Positions 8,937-18,053 of a stretch of 32,045 nucleotides of DNA are shown here, piece by piece. The translations under genes and the position numbers were made by a program. Origin of the DNA: an uncultured Halomonadaceae bacterium (GTDB lineage: Bacteria > Pseudomonadota > Gammaproteobacteria > Pseudomonadales > Halomonadaceae); the NCBI GenBank assembly GCA_964368615.1, contig CAYJCB010000010.1, forward strand, positions 1 to 32,045. The letters are read 5' to 3'. Position 1 is the first letter of the stretch; every line of letters starts with the position of its first letter. The notes beneath the pieces were generated by a model that was given only the letters and a program-made list of their open reading frames with translations, had not been told where the DNA came from and ran no database searches.

Positions 8937-9335
8937 ATGACAGATAAAAGCTTTGTTATTCATGTCTGTGGGGGGCCTTACGCAAGTTTGGCACCCCTTT
9001 CTGCTTTGCGCTTTACCAAAGCCGCTTTAGCAGCAGGGCATACCATTCAGCGCGTATTTTTTTACCAAGAAGGCGTGGCTTTAGCCAATGCTTTAAGCTG
9101 CCCACCGCAAGATGAAATAAACCTAACTAAAGCATGGCAAGCCCTAGCAGCAGAGCACCAGCTAGAGTTAAGTGTTTGTGTTGCAGCAGCCTTAAAACGC
9201 GGCATTGTTGATGCTAAAGAAGCCGCACGTTTTGGTTTAGCGCACCATAATTTGGCAGAAGGCTTTGTATTAACTGGTTTAGGTCAGCTGGTTGATGGCA
9301 TGGCAAATGCCGATAGAACAGTGACATTTAGCTAA
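8937..9335 (+). CDS. tusD: Sulfur relay protein TusD (DsrE)
   Basis: RVFFYQEGV, catalytic CVAAALKRG, GLGQL motifs. Confidence 0.93.
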   Translation: MTDKSFVIHVCGGPYASLAPLSALRFTKAALAAGHTIQRVFFYQEGVALANALSCPPQDEINLTKAWQALAAEHQLELSVCVAAALKRGIVDAKEAARFGLAHHNLAEGFVLTGLGQLVDGMANADRTVTFS

Positions 9336-9706
9336 TGAATACTTCCAGCACTTTTGACCTACTGGTAATTTTCACCCAACCGCCTTTAACCGCCAGCTTT
9401 CCTAAAGAAGCGTTAGACCTTGCCCTAGTTAACAGCACCTTTGAACAACGCACTGGCTTAATTTTTTTAGGCGCAGGGGTGTTGCAGCTGGTTCAAAACC
9501 AACAGCCAAATATTTTAGCTTTAAAGGGCACGCAAGCCATGTTAAAAGCCTTGGCGCTGTATGATATTGACCAAGTATTTGTAGAAGAACAGGCGTTGTT
9601 AGATTACAGCTTAACCGCAGCAGAATTACTATTGCCCGTTGCCAGCTGCAACACAGCTAAACTTCAGCAATTTATTGCTAACAGTCGTAATATTATTACC
9701 TTTTAA
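9335..9706 (+). CDS. tusC: Sulfur relay protein TusC (DsrF)
   Basis: EALDLAL, FLGAGVLQL...Q.P, LYDI motifs; TAATG overlap with tusD. Confidence 0.88.
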   Translation: MNTSSTFDLLVIFTQPPLTASFPKEALDLALVNSTFEQRTGLIFLGAGVLQLVQNQQPNILALKGTQAMLKALALYDIDQVFVEEQALLDYSLTAAELLLPVASCNTAKLQQFIANSRNIITF

Positions 9707-9751
9707 TGGTTAATTCTTGTTAACTTTTCTTACATTTAAATAGCACACATT

Positions 9752-10030
9752 ATGGCAACGCTTCACCAATTAAACGCGCAACACCAACTCGCCAACTGTT
9801 TAAAACTGTTAGCCGCCACAGACCAACTGCTGTTAATTGAATCAGCGGTTGTTTTGGCAATTGATGCTAATTTTTTGCAACAGCTACCCAGCAGCGTAAA
9901 AGTTTTAGCCCTAAGCGACGATTTACAAGCCCGTGGTTTATTACATGCTTGCCCTGCTGCAATTAGCCTAATCAGCGATGCACAATGGGTGGCTGCCACC
10001 TTGGAGGCTGATCGTGTCTGTAGCTGGTGA
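9752..10030 (+). CDS. tusB: Sulfur relay protein TusB (DsrH)
   Basis: LLLIESAV, ALSDDLQARGL, C-terminal ..SW; lies between tusC and tusE. Confidence 0.85.
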   Translation: MATLHQLNAQHQLANCLKLLAATDQLLLIESAVVLAIDANFLQQLPSSVKVLALSDDLQARGLLHACPAAISLISDAQWVAATLEADRVCSW

Positions 10031-10046
10031 GATAGCTAGTGAAATA

Positions 10047-10370
10047 ATGAATAAAGTGGCGCTGCCTGAATTAGACCCAGAAGGCTTCTTGGTAGATTTA
10101 AATAGCTGGACACCAGAAATTGCTAAATTATTAGCTGCCCAAGATGCGATTACATTAACAGCAGAGCATTTAGACATTATTCTGCTGCTGCGAAAATTTT
10201 ACCAAACTTTTCAACTGTCACCTGCCATGCGCCCTTTAACTAACTACCTGCGCCAGCATTTAGCCGTTGAAAAAACCAGTAGTATTTATTTAATGCAGCT
10301 GTTTGGGCAAAGCCCTGCCAAAGCCCTTGCCCGTTATGCAGGTTTACCTAAGCCAGATAATTGCTTATAG
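10047..10370 (+). CDS. tusE: Sulfurtransferase TusE (DsrC family)
   Basis: DPEGFL...W, SPAMRPL, AGLPKPDNCL with conserved C-terminal Cys. ATG at 10047 preferred over 9978, which would overlap tusB. Confidence 0.92.
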   Translation: MNKVALPELDPEGFLVDLNSWTPEIAKLLAAQDAITLTAEHLDIILLLRKFYQTFQLSPAMRPLTNYLRQHLAVEKTSSIYLMQLFGQSPAKALARYAGLPKPDNCL

Positions 10371-10466
10371 GCTGTTTAAGACTGCTTATAAATTGCTTAT
10401 AGGCAGTGCAATAAAATACAATAGGCTCATTATGTTGCAAATTTTAAGGAAAATAGGAAGCTATCC

Positions 10467-11558
10467 ATGTCTGATAACAAGCGAATACACAACCTTAACG
10501 TTGTTTCGCAAGAAGTGTTAATTACACCCGACCGTTTAAAAGAAAAAGTGCCTTTAACTGCCAACGCAGAAAAAACGGTTTATGAAGGCCGCCAAGTTAT
10601 TCAACAAATTTTAGACCGTGAAGACCCACGCTTATTTGTGGTGATTGGGCCGTGCTCTATTCACGACGTTGATGCTGCGCTAGATTACGCTAAACGCCTA
10701 AAAGCCCTAGCCGATAAGGTGGGTGATGTACTGTATTTAGTGATGCGCGTTTACTTTGAAAAGCCACGCACCACAGTAGGCTGGAAAGGTTTAATCAACG
10801 ACCCACACATGGACGACACCTTTCAAATTGAAGAAGGTTTGCACCTAGGTCGTAAGCTGTTGGTAGACCTTTCAGAGCTTGGTTTACCGCTAGCCACTGA
10901 AGCCCTAGACCCCATTTCGCCCCAGTATATGCAAGATTGCATTGCTTGGAGTGCGATTGGTGCGCGTACCACTGAATCACAAACCCACCGTGAAATGTCT
11001 AGCGGCTTGTCTTGCCCTGTTGGCTTTAAAAACGGCACTGACGGTGGCTTAGAAGTAGCGATTAACGCCCTTAAATCAATGGCGCATTCGCACAACTTTT
11101 TAGGCATCAACACCCAAGGTCAGGTTGCGATTATTCGCACCAAGGGTAATAAATACGGTCACGCAGTATTGCGCGGCGGTAATGGCAAGCCTAACTACGA
11201 TTCAGTTAGCGTTAAGCTGTGTGAAAATGACTTGGCTAAAGCAGGCCTACCAAACAACATTATGATTGATTGTAGCCATGCTAACTCTAACAAAGATGCT
11301 AGCTTACAAACGCTGGTGTTAGAAAACGTAACTCACCAAATTTTAGACGGCAACCAATCCATTCTAGGCTTAATGGTTGAGTCTAATATTGGTTTTGGCA
11401 ATCAATCCATTCCTGCCGATAAAAGCCAGTTGAAATATGGCGTTTCAGTAACCGATGCTTGCATAGATTGGGCAACCACTGAACAATCCATGATTGAAAT
11501 GGCTGATAAACTGCGCCCTGTATTAGAAGAACGCCGTTTAAAAGCAAAACAAGCGTAA
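10467..11558 (+). CDS. Class I (AroF/G/H-type) DAHP synthase
   Basis: GPCSIHD, RVYFEKPRTTVGWKG, IGARTTESQTHRE, GFKNGTDG, IDCSHANS, YGVSVTDACI. The isoenzyme cannot be assigned. Confidence 0.96.
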   Translation: MSDNKRIHNLNVVSQEVLITPDRLKEKVPLTANAEKTVYEGRQVIQQILDREDPRLFVVIGPCSIHDVDAALDYAKRLKALADKVGDVLYLVMRVYFEKPRTTVGWKGLINDPHMDDTFQIEEGLHLGRKLLVDLSELGLPLATEALDPISPQYMQDCIAWSAIGARTTESQTHREMSSGLSCPVGFKNGTDGGLEVAINALKSMAHSHNFLGINTQGQVAIIRTKGNKYGHAVLRGGNGKPNYDSVSVKLCENDLAKAGLPNNIMIDCSHANSNKDASLQTLVLENVTHQILDGNQSILGLMVESNIGFGNQSIPADKSQLKYGVSVTDACIDWATTEQSMIEMADKLRPVLEERRLKAKQA

Positions 11559-11600
11559 TAAAAAAGGTCGGACACTTTAAGTGATCCGACCTTTTTATTA
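11556..11600. terminator. Bidirectional intrinsic terminator
   Basis: AAAAAGGTCGGA-CACTTTAAGTGA-TCCGACCTTTTT inverted repeat between two convergent genes. Confidence 0.9.
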
Positions 11601-11628
11601 ACTACTTATCTAGCACTAGCTAAAGTGA

Positions 11629-12372
11629 TTATTCACCAGCAACTTCAGACTTAGGGTTTGCATCGTCAAACAACGGCTTGTCTTCTGCTTTAGGCTTATC
11701 AAGGTTCAGCATTTTTTCACGGAAAGCTTCTAGTTTTTCAAAGACTAACTTTTGCGTTGTTTCAACGGTGTCTTTTACGCCACCTTCAAACGCATTAAAG
11801 CCTTTTAGAATATCTACCGCTTCGCCCATACCCTTTTCTAATGCTGGGGTAATCAGGTTCATGTACTTATCGACCACTTCTTCATTGCTTAAACTGGCAT
11901 TCTTTGCTTTAAACGTTTCAAAAAAACTGGTTGCACCCGTAATAATACGATCCGATGTTTTTTCAGATGACCAGTAATCTTCTTGGCCTTCAATGCCTGA
12001 TGTTTTATCCACTAGCTTTTGGAAGCTAAAACTTTCATCACCAAATTCTTTTTTTAGAATATTTTCAATGGCAGTGGTGGTTTCTTGAGCAAGAATACGC
12101 ATCGCATTGCTATCAGCCTTAGTACTTTTACCAAACATGGTATCTAGCAGGCTTTTTTTATTAGCTAACGTGGTGGCTTCGGCTTGCTTCATCATCTCAG
12201 CTTTTTCTTCAGAGGTGAGCTTGGTTTTAACGTCTGTAGTTTTAACATCAGTCTGCTTGGCTTCTACTTCAGCAGGCTTAGTGTCGCTAGCAATGGCTGG
12301 GTTTTTATTAGCAGAAGCTTTAGGAGTAACAACAGGTGCAGCGTTAGATGCAGAAATATTTTGAGTTGACAT
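11629..12372 (-). CDS. DUF5610-like hypothetical protein
   Basis: C-terminal YWSSEKTSDRIITGATSFFETF...LEKGMGEAVDILKGFNAFEGGVKDTVETT pattern recalled for DUF5610; low-complexity N-terminus; AGAGG RBS. Confidence 0.7.
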   Translation of the reverse strand: MSTQNISASNAAPVVTPKASANKNPAIASDTKPAEVEAKQTDVKTTDVKTKLTSEEKAEMMKQAEATTLANKKSLLDTMFGKSTKADSNAMRILAQETTTAIENILKKEFGDESFSFQKLVDKTSGIEGQEDYWSSEKTSDRIITGATSFFETFKAKNASLSNEEVVDKYMNLITPALEKGMGEAVDILKGFNAFEGGVKDTVETTQKLVFEKLEAFREKMLNLDKPKAEDKPLFDDANPKSEVAGE

Positions 12373-12421
12373 GATTATAAACCTCTTAAAAAGTTTTAAA
12401 AACTTTAACTACTTAAATAAA

Positions 12422-12448
12422 TTATCGGCAGTAAAAGAAAAAACTTGA
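12422..12448 (-). promoter_or_regulatory. Sigma-28 (FliA) promoter of the DUF5610-like gene
   Basis: Minus strand reads TCAAGTTT-N11-GCCGATAA: exact -10 box and canonical spacing, about 50 nt upstream of the ATG. Confidence 0.82.
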
Positions 12449-12459
12449 TGCAAGCACAA

Positions 12460-12867
12460 TTAATTAGCCGCTAAGCAGCCCTTTATTTCAATATCAGCAT
12501 GTTTTGCATTAGCGCAAGTCCAATAGCCCACTGAGTCACGCGAAAGCTTAATTTCGCCTTTGCTTAGCGTTGCAACGCCCATATTAGTCACAGTGAAGCC
12601 CACCACACCGGCAGCATCATTTTTATCAGCAGCAACCGACTTTCCTAAACCATAAGTAGCAATATCGGTAGGAATCGCTGAACCACTGCTAATAATCTCA
12701 GCATCAACCACCGTTTGAAAAATTCTTACCGCAGCATAATCGGCTGTTAATTGTGATTTTATGACGTATTTTTGGTACTGAGGTACTGCAACAGCCGATA
12801 AAATACCAATAATGGCAATAACTACCAATAATTCGATTAACGTAAATCCTTCTTGTATCGCTTTCAT
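12460..12867 (-). CDS. pilA: Type IVa major pilin
   Basis: Leader MKAIQEG|[25 protein letters not shown]; C-terminal Cys pair; divergent from pilB; GGAG RBS. Confidence 0.93.
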   Translation of the reverse strand: MKAIQEGFTLIELLVVIAIIGILSAVAVPQYQKYVIKSQLTADYAAVRIFQTVVDAEIISSGSAIPTDIATYGLGKSVAADKNDAAGVVGFTVTNMGVATLSKGEIKLSRDSVGYWTCANAKHADIEIKGCLAAN

Positions 12868-12976
12868 TTTTGCGTCTCCCTAAGATTAACCTAAGCTAGA
12901 TACATCACCTGTTTTAGCGCCAACACCATTATTTTTGTTGTTCAACATTTGGGTTCTTACATAAGGATTTGTTGCT

Positions 12977-14710
12977 ATGGTCAATTTACTTAACCCTAAT
13001 TCTTTAAACTCCTTTTCTAGCACGTTAAATTCCCTAGCTAAGCGGCTGGTGTGTGAAGGCTTGCTAGATGAATACCAAGCCCTTGCAGCTCAGTCTGAAG
13101 CCCAGCAAAAAAACCAATTATTTATTCATTACTTAAATTCGATTGGCTGGATAAATGGTGATTTATTAGCCGCTCTAGTAGCGGAAGAATTTGGTCTGCC
13201 TTATTTAGACTTAGACGCTTTCGACATTCGCTATCTACCCAAAAAAATAGTTGACGAACAGCTATTACGCAAGCACCAAGCACTGCCTTTATTGCTTAGG
13301 GGCAATGTTCTGAACCTAGCACTTGCAAACCCTACTAACTTAGCAGCGATTGATGAAATTCAATTTCAAACTGGATTGATTGTTAACACCATCATGGTTG
13401 CCCAAAGCAAGCTGTTGCAAATGCTTGAAACGTCACTAGAAACAGATATCGAGGCGCTGGGCGATTTAGAAAGCCTTGAACTAGAAGCCATGCAGCAAGA
13501 CAAGGGCATAATAGGAAACCAAGATTTAAGCCTAGAAGCAGGGCAAGACGATGCGCCCATTATTAAATTTGTGAATAAAGTTTTACTTGATGCGGTGCAG
13601 CAGGGCGCGTCCGATATTCACTTAGAACCTTTTGAACACAGCTACCGGATTCGCAACCGTGTTGACGGCATTTTGCACCAAATAACTCGCCCACCCTTGT
13701 TGTTGCATGGCAGGCTTTCTGCCCGCATTAAAGTGATGGCACGCATGAACCTTGCTGAACGCCGTTTACCACAAGATGGCAGTATTAAATTAAGGCTGTC
13801 TAAAACCCGTAGCATCGACTTTCGTGTAAACACCCTGCCCACCTTATGGGGTGAAAAAATTGTGTTGCGTATTTTAGATGCCAACACTGCCAAACTAGGC
13901 ATAGAACAATTAGGTTTTGAACCTGAACAGCAGCAGCTTTACGAAGCCGCCCTTGCCAACCCTCACGGTTTAATTTTAGTCACTGGCCCAACTGGTAGCG
14001 GTAAAACCGTTAGCCTTTACACTGGCTTAAACATTTTAAATACGCCGCAACGCAATATTTCCAGCGTTGAAGACCCGATTGAAATTAATATGGAAGGCAT
14101 TAACCAAGTCAACGTAAATGCCAAAGTAGGCTTAGATTTTGCTGCGGCTTTACGGGCTTTTTTACGCCAAGACCCAGACGTGCTGATGGTAGGTGAAATA
14201 CGCGATTTAGAAACCGCTGAAATCGCCGTTAAAGCCGCGCAAACAGGGCATTTAGTGCTATCAACCTTGCACACTAATTCCGCAGCAGCCACCATTAACC
14301 GCTTGTTTAACATGGGCATTCCTGCTTATAACCTAGCCTCTTCGTTGCAATTAATTATTGCCCAACGCCTTGCCAGAAAGCTTTGCCCCAAGTGTAAAAC
14401 AACCTGCAATACGCCCCACTCGGTACTAATTGAACTAGGCTTTAGCGAACAACAGCTAGCAAACAACACCCTATATAAAGCACTGGGCTGCAACCAATGC
14501 ACCGCTGGCTATAAAGGCCGTTTGGGCATTTATGAAGTGGTTAAAATAACCCCTGAACTGGCTGATTTAATTATGCAAGGCGCTAGCCCAAGGTTAATAG
14601 AAGCTAAAGCCCAGCAGCAAGGCTTCCTTAATTTACGCAGCACTGGTCGCAAAAAAGTGCTGGCTGGCTTAACCAGTGTTGATGAATTAATGCGCGTAAC
14701 TGTAGATTAA
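12977..14710 (+). CDS. pilB: Type IV pilus assembly ATPase PilB
   Basis: ASDIHLEP, ERRLPQDG, GPTGSGKT, LRQDPDVLMVGEIRD, TGHLVLSTLHTN, CPKC/CNQC Zn motif. Confidence 0.96.
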   Translation: MVNLLNPNSLNSFSSTLNSLAKRLVCEGLLDEYQALAAQSEAQQKNQLFIHYLNSIGWINGDLLAALVAEEFGLPYLDLDAFDIRYLPKKIVDEQLLRKHQALPLLLRGNVLNLALANPTNLAAIDEIQFQTGLIVNTIMVAQSKLLQMLETSLETDIEALGDLESLELEAMQQDKGIIGNQDLSLEAGQDDAPIIKFVNKVLLDAVQQGASDIHLEPFEHSYRIRNRVDGILHQITRPPLLLHGRLSARIKVMARMNLAERRLPQDGSIKLRLSKTRSIDFRVNTLPTLWGEKIVLRILDANTAKLGIEQLGFEPEQQQLYEAALANPHGLILVTGPTGSGKTVSLYTGLNILNTPQRNISSVEDPIEINMEGINQVNVNAKVGLDFAAALRAFLRQDPDVLMVGEIRDLETAEIAVKAAQTGHLVLSTLHTNSAAATINRLFNMGIPAYNLASSLQLIIAQRLARKLCPKCKTTCNTPHSVLIELGFSEQQLANNTLYKALGCNQCTAGYKGRLGIYEVVKITPELADLIMQGASPRLIEAKAQQQGFLNLRSTGRKKVLAGLTSVDELMRVTVD

Positions 14711-14728
14711 TACAACGGATTAATAACA

Positions 14729-15832
14729 ATGAAAACTATTAGAGTGAAAACCAAGCGGGTTAGAAAACAATCAGCCTTTAGTTTTGCGCTAGGCAATAAA
14801 ATTGCACCGCGTGATATTGCACTTTTTGCACGCCAACTCGCCACCATGATTAAAGCTGGCGTGCCAATGGTGCAAGCCTTTTCGATTGTTCTTGAAGGCC
14901 AAACCAAGCCTAGTATGCAGCATTTGCTGGTAGATTTACGCGACCAGATTTCCGCAGGTATGCCAGTTGCCCAAGCACTTGGCAAACACCCCAAAGTATT
15001 TGATGCGCTGTTTTGTAGTTTAGTTGAAGCGGGTGAAAATTCTGGCACGCTAGAAACCATGTTAGAGCGGGTTGCACTCTATAAAGAACGCATGGAATCG
15101 TTAAAAAATAAAATTAAAAAAGCCCTCTATTACCCCACCTTTGTGCTGCTAATTGGCATGGCAGTTGCGGCGTTGCTGCTGATTAAAGTCGTGCCTGAAT
15201 TTGAAAAAATGTTTGCGGGCTTTGGTGCTGAACTGCCTGCGTTTACCCAGCTGGTGGTCGATATATCGCGCTTTATGCAGGCTTGGGGGCATTGGGTATT
15301 AGGTGGCACAGTAGCTTTTATCTACGTTATTTTAAAACTGCGAAAACGCTACCTTAGCGTTAATTTACGCCTCAGCCGCTGGGCGTTGCGCCTACCAATT
15401 TTTGGCCAACTGCTGCATAAATCTTCCATCGCACGTTTTGCGCGTACACTAGCGACTTCTTTTGCGGCAGGTGTCACCTTGGTCGATGCTTTAGAAGCTG
15501 CGGGTAAATCAACCGGCAATATTATTTATAACCGCCATGTGCAACAAATACGTGAAGACGTAGCAACCGGCCAACAATTAAACTTTGCCATGCGCAACGG
15601 GCAGCTATTTCCTATTATGGTTAACCAGATGGTGGCGATTGGTGAAGAATCTGGGGCGCTGGATACTATGCTGTCTAAAGTGGCTGATTTTTATGAAGAA
15701 GAAGTGAATAATTTAGTGGAAAGCATGACCAGTTTATTAGAGCCGTTGGTGATTGTATTGTTAGGAATTATTGTTGGCGGTTTGGTGATTGCCATGTACC
15801 TGCCTATTTTTCAAATGGGTAATATTTTATGA
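14729..15832 (+). CDS. pilC: Type IV pilus platform protein PilC (short N-terminus)
   Basis: Two T2SSF repeats (FARQLATMIKAGVP, AGENSGTL; FARTLATSFAAGV, IGEESGALD) and AMYLPIFQMG. Confidence 0.94.
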   Translation: MKTIRVKTKRVRKQSAFSFALGNKIAPRDIALFARQLATMIKAGVPMVQAFSIVLEGQTKPSMQHLLVDLRDQISAGMPVAQALGKHPKVFDALFCSLVEAGENSGTLETMLERVALYKERMESLKNKIKKALYYPTFVLLIGMAVAALLLIKVVPEFEKMFAGFGAELPAFTQLVVDISRFMQAWGHWVLGGTVAFIYVILKLRKRYLSVNLRLSRWALRLPIFGQLLHKSSIARFARTLATSFAAGVTLVDALEAAGKSTGNIIYNRHVQQIREDVATGQQLNFAMRNGQLFPIMVNQMVAIGEESGALDTMLSKVADFYEEEVNNLVESMTSLLEPLVIVLLGIIVGGLVIAMYLPIFQMGNIL

Positions 15833-16695
15833 ACCTAGATCAATTCCTTAATTTTCACCTTTGGCCTAACAGCCTGTGGTTAATTTTTATAACCCTGCTG
15901 GGCTTGGTGCTGGCAAGCTTTATTAACGTGGTTATTTACCGTTTACCACTTATTTTACGGCGTGATTGGGGCGAAACACACTTGCCTGAACTTTCGCTAA
16001 GCTTGCCAGCTTCCCACTGTCCTAGCTGTAAAACGCCCTTGCGTTGGCAACATAATTTACCGCTAATTAGCTGGCTTATGCAGCTAGGTCGCTGCGTTAA
16101 CTGCCCCGCTAAAATACCGCTGCACTACCCTTTGGTGGAACTGGCTGGCGGTGTTTTGGCACTGCTGATTGCTTGGCGCTTTGGGGCTAATTTAAGCAGC
16201 TTGGTTTATTTAGGTTTGGCTTTAAGCTTGTTAGCCTTGGCAGTAATTGATGCCCAAACTCTGCTGTTGCCCGACAAAATTACCCTGCCATTAATCTGGG
16301 CAGGTTTAACTTGGCATTGGCTGTTTTCTTCTAGCCAAATGTTTGACCAAGCTTTTTTAGGCGCTGTGTTAGGTTATTTATCGCTGTGGAGTTTGTTCTG
16401 GGTGTTTAAGCTACTAACTGGGCGCGAAGGCATGGGCTATGGCGATTTTAAGCTACTAGCAGCCATCGGTGCTTGGTTAGGTGCGCCAGCGCTGATACCT
16501 GTTGTTTTGCTGGCTTCCGTGTCTGGGCTGCTGTTAGCGTTAATTCTAAAATTAAACGCTAAGTGGCAAGGGCAGGCTTTACCCTTTGGGCCGCACCTAG
16601 TGGTTGGCTGTTTGGTTTTACTGATTGGCGGCAGAGAATTAGCCGCTTGGTTAGGGTTAGCTGCTTGGTTAGAAATTACCCGTTGGGCTTTTTAG
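15829..16695 (+). CDS. pilD: Prepilin peptidase/methyltransferase PilD
   Basis: SFINVVIYRLP, CPSC/CVNC, ID..LLPD, EGMGYGDFKL, PFGP; ATGA overlap with pilC. Confidence 0.94.
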   Translation: MNLDQFLNFHLWPNSLWLIFITLLGLVLASFINVVIYRLPLILRRDWGETHLPELSLSLPASHCPSCKTPLRWQHNLPLISWLMQLGRCVNCPAKIPLHYPLVELAGGVLALLIAWRFGANLSSLVYLGLALSLLALAVIDAQTLLLPDKITLPLIWAGLTWHWLFSSSQMFDQAFLGAVLGYLSLWSLFWVFKLLTGREGMGYGDFKLLAAIGAWLGAPALIPVVLLASVSGLLLALILKLNAKWQGQALPFGPHLVVGCLVLLIGGRELAAWLGLAAWLEITRWAF

Positions 16696-18052
16696 ATTCA
16701 TTGTTAGCCTGCTGGTCTAGCTGTCTTAAATAGCGCATTTTTTCAGCTATTTTTATTTCTAAACCGCGTTCAACTGGCTGGTAAAAGCTGCTGTCTTTTA
16801 ACGGTTCAGGTAAATACACTTCACCAGCGGCATAGCCTTCGGCTTCGTTGTGCGCATAGCGATAAGCTTCGCCATAACCTAATTCAGCCATTAATTGCGT
16901 TGGCGCGGTTCTTAGATGAATTGGCACTTCGTAGCTAGGGGTGCTTTTTACGGTTTTCATTGCTGCATTGTAGGCCGTGTAAACCGCGTTAGATTTGGGT
17001 GCAACGGCTAAAAAAACCAGCGCATGGGCAATGGCTAATTCGCCTTCTGGGCTGCCTAAACGGGTTTGTACGTCCCAAGCGTTTAAAGCCAACTGCACGC
17101 CACGCGGGTCGGCATTGCCAATATCTTCACTCGCCATACGCACTACACGTCGGGCAATGTACAGCGGGTCGCAGCCACCGTCGAGCATTCGACACAACCA
17201 ATAAAGCGCCGCATCGGGTGCAGAGCCACGCATGGATTTATGCAAAGCCGACATCTGCTGGTAAAATTCTTCGCCACCTTTATCAAAACGACGCAGGCTT
17301 TGCTGCACCACTTCCGCCACCGTTGCAGCACTAATCACGCCTTCCACCGCTAAATCGGAAGCCACTTCTAAAAAGTTTAACGCCCGACGCGCATCACCAT
17401 CAGCAGCCGCTGCTAACAATGCCAAGCCCTTGTCAGTTACTTCTAGCTGCTGTTGACCTAAACCGCGCTGCTTATCTTCAACAGCAGTCACTAATAGCGT
17501 TTCTAATACTTCAACAGCAATGGGTTTTAGTAAATAAACCCGCGCCCGCGACAGCAAAGCAGAATTTAATTCAAACGAAGGGTTTTCAGTGGTTGCACCA
17601 ATAAAAATAAACGTGCCATCTTCAATGTAAGGCAAAAACGCATCTTGCTGGGCTTTGTTAAAACGGTGAACTTCATCAACAAACAATAAAGTAGGCTTTT
17701 GGGTTAGTTGGCGCTGCGCTTGGGCTTGCGCCACGGCATCACGAATTTCTTTTACGCCACTCATTACCGCAGACAAGCTGATACAACTTACACCCCCTAA
17801 TTCAGCCAACAAACGCGCCAAGGTAGTTTTACCCACCCCCGGCGGCCCCCACAAAATCATCGAATGCAGCTGCCCCGCTTCTAACGCCCTACGCAAGGCT
17901 TTATCTTCACCCAACAAATGGTCTTGCCCAAGGTATTCAGACAATTGGCGCGGACGCATTCGGGCGGCTAGGGGTTGCCAAGCCAAGCTGGGTTCAGCAG
18001 CAGCAAACGATTCATTAGAAAACGATTTATCAGTAAACAAGTCATCAGCCAT
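16676..18052 (-). CDS. rarA: Replication-associated recombination protein A (RarA/MgsA)
   Basis: PLAARMRP, WGPPGVGKTT, FVDEVHRFNKAQQD, GATTENPSF, ASEDIGNADP, PKSN. Confidence 0.96.
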   Translation of the reverse strand: MADDLFTDKSFSNESFAAAEPSLAWQPLAARMRPRQLSEYLGQDHLLGEDKALRRALEAGQLHSMILWGPPGVGKTTLARLLAELGGVSCISLSAVMSGVKEIRDAVAQAQAQRQLTQKPTLLFVDEVHRFNKAQQDAFLPYIEDGTFIFIGATTENPSFELNSALLSRARVYLLKPIAVEVLETLLVTAVEDKQRGLGQQQLEVTDKGLALLAAAADGDARRALNFLEVASDLAVEGVISAATVAEVVQQSLRRFDKGGEEFYQQMSALHKSMRGSAPDAALYWLCRMLDGGCDPLYIARRVVRMASEDIGNADPRGVQLALNAWDVQTRLGSPEGELAIAHALVFLAVAPKSNAVYTAYNAAMKTVKSTPSYEVPIHLRTAPTQLMAELGYGEAYRYAHNEAEGYAAGEVYLPEPLKDSSFYQPVERGLEIKIAEKMRYLRQLDQQANNESKKPNG

Positions 18053-18053
18053 A

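Noticed and set aside
10413-10440. TTATGTTGCAA resembling the XerD arm of dif
   Set aside because: Several mismatches to TTATGTTAAAT and no XerC arm at the right spacing.
12905-12925. Possible sigma-54 promoter for pilA (TTGGCGC on minus strand)
   Set aside because: The -24 element is plausible but the -12 position reads GG, not GC.
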